Source of the DNA: Scenedesmus sp. PABB004
Taxonomy: Eukaryota
Assembly: GCA_014905635.1 (NCBI GenBank)
Contig: JABVCE010000027.1
Location: 1 to 64,000 of the forward strand
DNA: 64,000 bases
Reading direction: 5' to 3'
The notes beneath the pieces are model-generated. The model worked only from the letters and a program-made list of their open reading frames with translations, did no database searches and was not told where the DNA came from. The position numbers and the translations under genes are program-made. Shown in pieces: positions 54,129 through 64,000 of the stretch. The first letter of the stretch is position 1. Each line of letters opens with the position of its first letter.

Positions 54129-57100
54129 ATGCTGCGCCCAGCGGCCGCCGGGCTTGGCGCCTCGCGCCCAGCCGCCGGGAGGCGGTCCGCACAGCTGCCG
54201 ATCGCCTGTCCGGGCGCGGGGCTGCGCCGCGCCGCGGCGGCGCCTGCGGCCGCACGTGGGCGCCGCGCCGCGCTGGCGCCCCCAGCCCGCGTCGCCGCCG
54301 GCGACGCCGCGCTGCCCGACCAGCCAGCCGGCGGCGCTGGCGCCGGCGGCAAGGGCCCGCTCGACCTGGCCTGCGACGCGGGCAGCGCGATGGACCCGCG
54401 CGTCGTGTCAAAGTGGCTGCGCCAGTACCTCCCCTTCAAGCTCATCTCCCCAGAGTCGGTCAGCCTGCTCGCCGAGGTGCGAGCGAGGCACGAGACAGCA
54501 GCGCGGGCGGCGGCGCGGGCGGCGGCGGGCGGCGGGGCGGGCGGCCGCGGCGCCGCGTCCCTGGAGCGCGCGCGCGGCGGCGACCGCCGCCTGCGCGGCG
54601 CGCTGCTGCGCGGCGCCGCAGCTGATGCAGGTCGAGTTTGTGCCGGCCGGCAAGGTGCTCGGCCGCGAGGGCACCATGCCGGACGAGCTCGTCGTGCTGC
54701 GCCAGGGCAGCGTGTGCGTCAGCGGGCCCAACATGCCGGGTGCGCCGCCGCGCGCCGCCGCGCCGCGCAGCCCGCCGCCGCGCGGCCGCCGCCGACGCGG
54801 CCCCGGCCCGCCGACGCGGCGCGCGCAGTGTCCATTGACGCGGGGCCGGGCGCGAGCTTTTACCTCATCGAGCTGCTCCTGGGCCAGCCGACCAGCACGA
54901 CCGTGCGCACGACGAGCGACGCGACGCTGTGGGTCGTGCCCGCGCCGGCGCTGCTCGGCCTCGCGGCGCGCCGGCCCGACCTCGTGCTCGAGCTGGGGCT
55001 GCGCATGAGCCAGGAGATGGCGGGCAAGGTGGAGGCGATGGAGGCCAGCATGCAGGTGCAGGCGGCGGCCCAGGAGGTGGCGGGGCGGAGGAGGGGCGGC
55101 CCCGCGCGCCCGCCGCCGGCGGCGCCGCGGCGCACACGCGCGTGCCCGCCTGCTGCGCGGCGCAGAGCGAGGAGCGCCGCGCGCGCGCGCTGGCGCCGTT
55201 CCGCGTGTCCACGCCGCGGCGCGGCATCGTCGGCAACAGCAAGTACGCGGACCGCCTGCGCCGCCAGGTGGGCGCGGCGGCGCAGCAGGCCTCGGGGCGG
55301 GGCGCCTTGGAGCGGGCGGGCGCCGCAGGCCCAGGGGCAGGGGTGGAAGCGGGCGGCGCTTGGGCACTCGTGCGGCGCCACGTGCGGCGCGGCGCGCGGG
55401 CGAGTCGCGCGCCGCCGGCGCCGTGGGGCGGCGCGTGCGCGCAGATCCTGTCGGCGGCGCGCGACCCCGCGCGGCGCTCGTGCCTCATCTTCGGCGAGCC
55501 GGGGCTGTGCAAGGACAACGTCGCCGCGCTGGTGCACTTCAGCGGCCCCGACCGGCTCAAGGCGCGCGCCGCGCGCCGCGCTCCCGCCCCCGCGCCGCGC
55601 GCTGCGCGCCGCCCCCGCGCCGCGCGCTGCGCTCCCGCGCCCGCGCCCGCGCCCCTGCGCCCACGCCCGCGCCCGCGCCCGCGTGCCGGCGGGGTCGTTG
55701 GCCGCCGCGGCACGCAGCCCATGGTGCGCGTGGACGTGGCGGACATGGATCCGTTCATGACGGAGCTCTTTGGCCGCGGCAGCCGCGAGGGCCTGCTGCA
55801 CTGGATCCGCGACGGAACGGTCGCGATCGAAAACGTGCACAAGGCGGTGCGCGCCTACCCACCCGGCCGCCGTGGCGCGGCGGCTGCCCGCGCGCGGCCG
55901 CCTCGCCGGCGCGGCGCGGCGCGGCGCGGCGCGGCACTGCGCGCCCCCGCACACGAGTGCCGGCTGCTGCCGCGGGGCCTGTCGAGCGCCTGCCCTCCCC
56001 CTCCCCTTCCCCGCACGCGCTCCCCATCACACGCCCCCCTTGCTGCGACCCCCCCCCCCTGCCCCCCCCCCATTGAGCAGGAGGCGTTCATGATCCCCCA
56101 GCTGCGCCGCCTGCTCGAGGACGGCACCTACCAGCCCGCGCCCGCGCCGGTGCCGCTCGGCAGCGTCGACTTTCCCTCGGCCGAGCGCGCGAGCGCGGCG
56201 CGCGTCATCATGACTGCCGCGCAGCGCGTGCCAGAGCTCGAGGGCCTCGCGACCGTGATACAGGCGCGCACAGCACGCTCAGCGCGCACACAGCACGCAC
56301 AGCACGCGGCGGCGGCGGCCCCGCGTGCCCTCCCTCCCTCCCCCGCCCTGGCGCGCTCAGCGCGCACTGCGCACGCGCCGCGTGGCCGCCCCTCCCCCGG
56401 ACCAGCCGCCCCTGTGACCACAGCCCCGCGCGCGCTCGCCCCCCCCCCCCCCCCCACCACCACCACCACACACACCACCACCACCCCAACCACCACCCCC
56501 CCCCCCCCGCAGGTCCCGCCGCTGCGCGTGCGTCCGTCCGACATCATCGACCTCGAGCGCTACATGGCACGCGTGCTGTCCAAGGAGCGCGGCGTGCGCC
56601 TCAGCCTCACGCCCGAGGCGGAGCGCCAGCTCGTGGCCTACACCTTTCCCAACAACATCATCGTGCGCGCGCCCGCGCGCCGGGACGGAGGGAGGGGAGG
56701 GAGGGCGGGAGGGCGGAGAGGCGGAGAGGGAGGGCGGGGAGGCGGAGAGGGAGGGCGGGCGGACGAGGAGGGCGGCGCGGTGGGAGGCGCGGGCTGCGGC
56801 GCGTCGCGCCGATCGCCGACCGCCGACCGTCGGCGGCGCCCCGCGCGCGCAGGAGCTGGAGGGCATGGTGCAGCGCGCCGCGGCGCAGACGACGGCGGAG
56901 CGCGCCGCCGACGGCGCGGCGGGCGGCGCCGGCGGCGGCGGCGGCGGCGGCGCGGGCGGCCCCGGCGCGGCGCTGGCGCTCGACAAGGACGTCTTCTGGT
57001 TTGCCGCCCAGGCCAAGGACAGGTATGCGCTTGGCGCGGCCGCGGGCGCGGCGGCCGCGGCGCGCGCCCCGGCGCTCTGTGCAGCGCGGCGCCTCGCGCC

Positions 57101-60100
57101 GAGCCCACCGGCGCCGCGGCGGCGCGCAGGTTCAAGTGGAACACCCTGGCCGTGCCGCAGCTGCGCCAGGTGCGGGCCGCGCCCGCGCGCCGCGCGGCCC
57201 GCGCCCTCGCCCTCGCCCGCCCCGCGCCGCCGACCGGCCGGCCGCCGCCCGCCGCGCGCCGCGCCGCGCCGTGCCGCGCCGCGCGCCGTGCGCCGCGTCC
57301 AGCTGCTGCGCAGCGAGGTCTTCCCTGAGCTTATCAACCACCGCCTGGTCAAGCCCGTGTTTGCGGTCGTCGTCGCGCTGCTCTTCATCGGCCCCCAGGC
57401 GCGCCCGCCGCCCTGCACCGCCCTGCGCCGCCCCGCCGCGCCGCGGCCCCGCGCGCGGCCCCGCGGCGGGACGCGCCGCCGCCCCGCCGCCGCCCCGGGG
57501 CGCGACAGGACCGGGGGCACAACTTTTGCCTGCAGCTGTTCTGGGACTACTGGTGGCCCCTCATGTTCATTGCCTACCCCTTCCTCGGACGCATCTGGTC
57601 CGGACCGCACCGCCGCGCCGCCGCGCCGCTGCCGCGGCGCTGCGCCGCTGCGCCTGGCGGGCTGGGGGCTGCGCCTGGCGGGCTGGGGGGCCCTGTGGCA
57701 GGGTGGGGTGGGAGGGCTCCCGTCGAGGCCCCGACGACCGCACCTCACGCCGCCGCGCCGCGCGCCGTGCCGACGCGCCCCTCGCGCGCTTGCGCCCCGC
57801 TCCCCCCAGGTGCTCGATCTGTCCGTTCATGATCTACGGCGAGGTCATGCAGCGCTGGCGCACCGCGCAGGGCGCCGCGCTGCGCAAGTGGCCGCGCGAG
57901 GAGCGTGAGTGCCGCCGCGACCGCGGCGCGCGCGCGCGCCCGCGCGCCCGCGCCCCCGCCCGCGCAGCACGCGGCGCGGGGGCGGCGCCGGCCCCTGAGC
58001 GCTGCCGCCGCCTCCCGCAGTGGAGCGCTGGGGCGGCTGGTTCCTGTTTGCCCTCTTCGCCGCCATCCTGGTGTGGGAGGAGGTGCGGCGGCGGCGGCGG
58101 CGGGCGGGCGGCCTGTGACTGGCGCTGGCGCGGCGGCCGCCGGGGCGGCCACAGCCGCGGCGGCGGGCCGGCGCGCCCACCGCCCACCCGCTGCGCGGCG
58201 CGTTCGCGCCCCCGCCAGGTGTGGGACCTGCCCAACACGGCCGCGCTGTCGAGCTGGCTGCTGCTTCTCATCACCGGCGGGGCGGTCGTGTGCTCCGCGC
58301 TCTTCGAGCGCCGCCTCTGGTGCAGGTGGGCGGGCGGGCGGGCGGGCGGGCCGTTCCAGCTCTCGTCGCGGCGGCGAGGGCGTTGCGTACGCTGCGTGCG
58401 CGCCTCGCGGCGCGCGCGCGCCCCGCACGGCGCCGGCGCCGCCGCTGCGTCTGCGTCGCTGCCGCGGCCACGCCGCCGCGCGTCCGCCCAGGTACCTCTG
58501 CCCCATCGGCGGCATGAACGGCCTCTTTGCCAAGCTCTCCATGACTGAGCTGCGCGCGCGCCAGGGCGTGTGCAGCGGGACGTGCGACACGTACCACTGC
58601 TACAAGGTGGTCACAGCGGCGCACGGCGCGGCGCGGCGCGGGGCTCCCGTGCTGCGCGTGCTGCGCGCTGAGCACGCGCGCACGGTTGCTGCCGTCCGCG
58701 CCGCGCGCAGGGCGGGCCCGCGGAGCCGCCGGAGGGCCAGGAGACGCTCGGCTGCCCCGTGTACAGCCACCCGGTGGGGCGCGGCGCGCGCGGGACGGAC
58801 CGACGGGCGCCGGGGCGGCGGCCGGCCGGGCGCGCGTGGCCAGGGCTGCGCAGGGCTGCCTGCGCGGGGCGACGGCCGGCCGGGCGCGCGCGGCCGGGGC
58901 TGCGCAGGGCTGCCTGCGCGGGGGGCCGCGACGGCGAGCTGAGACCGGCGCGCGCCGCGCCGCCCCGACGCGGCGCCCTGCCGTCCCCCGCAGGCGCAGC
59001 TGACGGACAACCGCAACTGTGTGCTGTGCATGACCTGCCTCAAGGCCTGCCCCCACCGCAGCATTGAGGCGCGCGCGCGCCGCGCTTGGGGGCGCCGCTG
59101 CCGCGGTCGGGGCGCCGCCGCCCGGCCGGCCGGGCGCCGGAGCCCGCGCCGACGAGCGCGCGCCGGGCGCCCGCGCGCCGCCAGGTGCGGCTGCGCCTGC
59201 CGGGCGTGGACCTGTGGACGACGCACAAGCCGAGCTGGTACGAGCTGGCTCTGCAGTTCATGCTCCTCGGGGCGGTGCCGCTGCACAGGTGGGCGGGCGG
59301 GCACGCGTGCGCGCAGCAGCAGCAGGGGTGGGTCCTTCCGCGGCGTCGCCCGCGCGCGCGCGCGCTCGCCCGGGGCTCCCTGCGCGCCCGGGGGCTGCCC
59401 GCCACGTGCGCCGCCGCCGGCGGCGGGGGCGCCGCCGCGCAGGCTGGCGGAGCTGGAGGAGCAGTTTGGCGTGCCGCCGTCGCTGCTCGCGGGCATCACG
59501 CTGCCCCACATGGCCGCCAGCCTGGGCATCATGGCCCTGCCCGGTGCCATCGCGTGGGCGGCCGACGCGGCAATGCGCCTCGCGTTCGACGCCCCCGCGC
59601 CCGCCCCCGCGCCTGCGCTCGCGGGCGTGGGCGCGGCGGGCGCGGCGCCGCGCGGCGGCGGCCGCGCCGGCGCCCGCGCCGGCGCCGGCGCCGGCCCCGC
59701 CGGCGCGGCCGCGCTGCTCGCGGGCGCCGTCGCCGCGGCGCGCGCGGGCAGCGTGGCGGGCGGCGTCGCCGCGAGCAGCGCGGGCGGCGTGGGCAGCGCG
59801 CGCATCGTGCCCTTCCTGAGCCTGGCCTACGGCTACCTGCCCCTCGTCTGGGCCGCCACGCTGGCGCACTACCTGCCCGCGCTGCTCGAGGAGGCGGGCA
59901 CCATCCTGCCCGTCACGGTGCGCGCCGACGCGCCGCCGATGCCGCCGCTGCCGGCGCTGGGCCGCGCCCGCCGACGCGCCGACGCGCGGCCGACGCGCTG
60001 CCGCCGCCGCCCCGCGCCTGCACGCCGGCAGGCGGCGACGTTTGGCACGGACGGCAGCGCGCTGCCGACGCTCGTTGCGGCGCACGCGGTGACGCTCTTC

Positions 60101-60247
60101 CTGCAGGGCGCGACGCTCACGAGCGGCGCGGGGCTCAGCCTGCTGCTCACACGCAAGATCGGCGCGCGCCCGTGGCGCGTGCTCGCGCCGCAGTGCGCCG
60201 TCATCGTCGGCGTGACCGCGGAGCTCTGGCACCTCATCCTGCGCTGA
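54129..60247 (+). CDS. Putative plastid-targeted cNMP-binding / sigma54-type AAA / 4Fe-4S polytopic membrane protein, multi-exon
   Basis: Transit-peptide-like start; cNMP fold (LGREGTMPDELVVLRQGSV); IFGEPGLCKD, VPPLRVRPSDI, YTFPNNI-ELE; RIWCSICPF, RLWCRYLCPIGG, CVLCMTCLKACP. Confidence 0.82.
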
Positions 60248-60506
60248 AGGGCAGGAATGTTGAAACAGCGCTGGGGCGAGCCGGTGCAGTTTTGCCGGTC
60301 GGGCGGCGCAGCGGCGGTGCCGGCACCGCCGGAACCGCGGCGCGGCGGCAATCTGCGCCGCCCGCCCCACCGCCGTTCGGATTCGTCGCTCTGTCGACGT
60401 GGCCCACGCCGCGCCATCGTTTGCGCCCAGATCCCGCGGCGACCTCGGCCGGCAGGCCGCACTCGGCCAGCGCCTCGCGCCCTCCGCGGCCCCCTGCGCG
60501 CCGGCG

Positions 60507-62879
60507 ATGGCGGCCCTGGGCGGCTCCGGTTGCCTGCGCGCCCGCGCGGCGGGCGCCGGGCCGCGGGGCCGCGCTGCGCCGGTGCTGCTCTGGCCCGCCT
60601 GCCGCGGCGCCGGCGCGTCCCCCGGCCTGCGCGGCCGTCGCGGCGTGTGCATGGCACCATCGGGAACGCGCCTGAATCCGCGCGCGGCCGAGCAGGAGGC
60701 CGGCGCGGCGGCGGCGGCGGCGGCGCCCAGCGCAGCAGCGACGCCCGCTGCCGGCGACGGCGCGGAGGCGGGCGTGCACGAGGTCGAGGAGCTGCGCGGC
60801 ATCCGCGCCAACCTGGACGGCCAGGAGCCGGTGGTGGAGTATCGCGTCGCGTGGAAGGACGGCTCGCCCGACACCTGGTGCGGTCGCCCCGCCGCCGTGC
60901 GCGCGTCGCGCGGTCGCCCGTTGCCCCGCAGTGCCGCGAGCCGCGCCCGCCAACCACGGCGCGCCGCCGCTCTGCGCGTCCCCCCGCAGGGAGCTGGCGA
61001 GCAACCTGTCGCCCGACCTCGTGCGCGACTTTGACGAGCGCTGGTGGGCGGCCGCCAAGAAGGTGCGGCGCGGCCACACCCGCGCCCGCGCGCCCGGCGC
61101 TGCGCCTGCGGCGGCCGCCGGCCCGCGCCTGCTGCTCGCCGCCCTCACCCCCTCCGCCGCGCTGCTGCCGCGGCCGGCAGGGTGACGCCGAGACGATGGC
61201 GGCCATGCTCAAGTATGGGCGGCCCATCCTCAGCCAGGTGGGGCGCCGCGGGGCCGCCGCGCGGGCGGGCCGCGCCGCGGCCGCGCCTGCGCGCGCCTGG
61301 CCCCGGCACGCCGGGCGCGCCCCCGCGGCGGGTGGGGGCGCAGCACGGCGTCGCGGCGCCGCCGCCGCCGCCGACCTGCGCGCGCCGCCGCTCGCGCCGC
61401 CCGCGCCGGGCCCACTCAGGTCGTCGACGACGCGCGGCGCAGCGCGCTGCACTTTGCGGCAGCCGTGGGCGCGGTCAAGTGCGTCAAGCTGCTGGCCGAC
61501 GCGGGCGCCGACCTGGACCTGCAGGACAGGGAGGGTGAGCTGCGCGCCGCGCGCCGCGCGCCGCCGAGGCGCCGCCGCACCGCCAGCCGGCGCACCGCCG
61601 CCCACGCGGCGCCGCGCGCGCCGCGCACGCCCGCGCCAGGCTACACGCCGCTGCACATGGCCGCCGGCTACATGCAGACGGGCGCGATGGCGGCGCTGCT
61701 CGAGGCGGGGGCGGAGCCGCTCATCCGGGACAAGGCCGGCCGCGACGTGGTGAGCCTGGTCGACAACCTGCGCGCGACGATGCCGCCAAGCATGGCGGCG
61801 CTGCAGCGCATTATGGCGCTCGAGCAGGTCGCGGCGGGCCTCACCGAGCGGTGCGCACCCGCGCTGCGCGCCACCGCCCGCGCCGCGCGCCCGTGCCCGC
61901 GCGCCACGCGCAGCGCAGCGCGCGCGCGTGCGGGGCCCGACGCCAGCCCGCGCCGCGCTGCCGCGGTGCCGCGCGGCTCAGGCTGTACGAGGAGGTGGAG
62001 CCCAGCAGCATCATCGACGAGCGCGCGACGCCCGACGGCAAGGGCCGTGAGTTCCTGGTGGCCTACAAGGTGCGGCGCCGGCGCGGACGGCGCGGGGCAG
62101 CGGCGCGCGGCGCACGCGCCGCCCGCGCCCGCGCCCACGCCCACCGCGCCCGCGCCCGCGCCCGCGCCGCGCGCCGACCGCGCCCGCGCCGCGCGCCGAC
62201 CGCGCCCGCGCCGCGCGCCGACCGCGCCCGCCGCGCGCCGCGGCAGGACGACGCGCCCGACGAGTGGCTGGGCGAGGCGTTTGTGGCGCAGGACCTCATC
62301 GACGACTGGGCGGCGGGCCTCGAGCGCGCGCCCGTGGCTGCGCTGCTGGACGTGCAGCAGTGGGGCACCAGCCGCGAGTACCTGGTGCAGTGGGCCGACG
62401 GCAGCCCGGTGAGCGCGGGGGCGCAGGCCGCGCGTGCTCTCGGCCGCCGCCGAGCACGCGGCGGCTGGCGCAGGCGGCCCGAGCGGCGGCGTGGGTGCGC
62501 GCGCACGCGCCCAGCCTGCCCTCCCCCTGCCCCTGCCCCCCCCCCCTTCCCATCCCAGGACTCGTGGGAGGACGAGGCAAACATCCCGCCGGCGCTGGTG
62601 GAGGAGCTGCAGGCGGCGCAGCCGGCCCTGTTCCGGGGGCTCAAGGGCGGCGCGCCCTCGGGCGCGAAGAAACGGCGCAAGCGGCGGGGGCCCAAGGCGG
62701 TGCAGCAGCAGCAGCAGCAGCAGCAGCAGCCGCAGCCGGGGCTTGCCGGGGCACAGCATGCGCCGCCGGGCCTGGACGAGGCGCACGACGGCAACGGCAG
62801 CGGCGGCGCCGCGCCAGCGAGCAGCAGCAGCAGCGCCAGCAGCAGCAGCAGGGAGCGCGAGCCGGTGGCGACCAGCTAG
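60507..62879 (+). CDS. cpSRP43: Chloroplast signal recognition particle 43 kDa (chromodomain-ankyrin-chromodomains), multi-exon
   Basis: EYRVAWKDGSPDTW..DFDERWWAAAKK; RSALHFAA, YTPLHMAAGY ankyrins; EFLVAYK and EYLVQWADG chromodomains. Confidence 0.9.
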
Positions 62880-63557
62880 GATTGGGCGAGACCTGGGGGC
62901 TGGCGCTGGCATGGGTGACCAATTTCCTCCGGCTCCCGGCGTCCGCCTGCCCGGCACGCGCGCGCGTGCCGCCAGAGGTTCAAAGTCAGGTCAAGGAAGG
63001 CCGCGCGCGGAGAGTCGCGCTCGGCGGGCAGCAGCGCTCGGTGACGCCTCCCCCCGCAGCGCCAGCGCCCGCCGCACAGGCGTTCTGACGGACCAGAGGC
63101 ATGGAAAAGACGCATTACCGTCGCCGGACTGTCCGGCGAGCCCGCAAACGCAGTCCTCGGCGAGCTGGACCTGGTCGCCCTCGCGTTCGCCCGCGCTCGC
63201 CGGTCACACCGCATTTGGACCGGCGACGCAGGCCCCGGCGCCAGCAGAGGGTCGGCGCTGAGATCCGCGCACCGCAGACGCGCACGCACTGTAGAAGCGC
63301 ACGCACCCGACCCGCCACCGCGCCCGCTCTCTTCGCGCTAGCCCCCCGGCGCTTCTAGTAGCCCCGCACCCCCCGCGGCACCGTTGACGCTCTGTAGCGC
63401 ACCCCTCTCCGTCCCCGTGCAGCGCGCCGTTGCGCGGCGTGCGCACGCGAGCGGCAGCGCGTGCGCCGCTGTTCCAGGCATCCCGGCTTCGCCCGGCGCC
63501 GGGCAGCTCGTGCGCGGCCCGTCTCGGCGTCGCGTCGTGAGCAGGTCGCCCGCAGCC

Positions 63558-64000
63558 ATGCCGCGGGCCCGCGCGGTCGCAGCGTGCTGGCTGCTGCTGG
63601 CGCTGGCGGCGACCGCGCTGCTGGCCGCGCCCGCCGGTGCTGCTGCGTCGCCCCGGTCGCCCCGCCCGCGGCGGCCGCGGCGCTCGCCGGCCCCGCTGCC
63701 GGCCTCCGGGCGCCGCGGCGCGCTCGTGGTGCAGCCCGGCGACTGCGTCGACTGCCAGCACGTGCAGGTCGGCGGCGCCTGCTCGAGCTGGTCCTGCCAG
63801 TGCAGGAGCGGGTCGTGGCAGGTCACCTGGAGCCTGGTGCGCGCGCGCGCCGCCGGCGGGGAGCGCGCAGCACAGCGCAGCGCCGCGCAGCGCAGCGGTA
63901 CCGGCAGCAGCCGCGCGGCTGGTGCGTGCTCTCACCCCTGCTGCCGCCCGCCCCGGCCCGCAGCTGCCCGGCTGCAGCAAGGACAAGATCTCTTGGGCCT
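63558..64000 (+). CDS. Partial putative secreted Cys-rich protein (runs off window)
   Basis: MPRARAVAACWLLLALAATALLAAP signal-like peptide; CVDCQHVQVGGACSSWSCQC; apparent intron then LPGCSKDKISW. Confidence 0.5.
   Translation, partial: MPRARAVAACWLLLALAATALLAAPAGAAASPRSPRPRRPRRSPAPLPASGRRGALVVQPGDCVDCQHVQVGGACSSWSCQCRSGSWQVTWSLVRARAAGGERAAQRSAAQRSGTGSSRAAGACSHPCCRPPRPAAARLQQGQDLLG

Noticed and set aside
56440..56510. C-rich and (CAC)n tract as telomere-like repeat
   Set aside because: Intronic low-complexity sequence; no regular telomere unit

Overview
Eukaryotic, very GC-rich DNA, most likely a chlorophyte green alga (TGTAA poly(A) signals, cpSRP43, short GC-rich introns). Bases 1-43207 are a homogeneous 172-bp, ~89% GC tandem satellite (centromere-like) interrupted by young retroelements: two Ty1/copia elements with half-tRNA-iMet primer sites, a 5'-truncated L1-clade LINE plus several short 3' stubs, and a 12.8-kb Ty3/gypsy-type element. 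That element is the standout. It has a DDE integrase, TG...CA ends and a 4-bp TSD, but instead of two LTRs it has split direct repeats (B-ORFs-A-B-A, the PAT/TOC1/Ngaro layout) with an internal palindromic end-to-end junction (CA-GC-TG). Its pol also carries a C5 cytosine DNA methyltransferase between RNase H and integrase and PHD plus Tudor-like domains, followed by an extra zinc-knuckle ORF. From 43208 the window switches abruptly to gene-dense host sequence: PSMD5-like, alpha/beta-hydrolase lipase, KDM3/IBM1-like JmjC, XPA, a cyanobacterial-type cNMP/sigma54-AAA/4Fe-4S membrane protein, cpSRP43 and a partial secreted protein. All calls come from reading motifs by eye; no searches were run and host exon boundaries are approximate.
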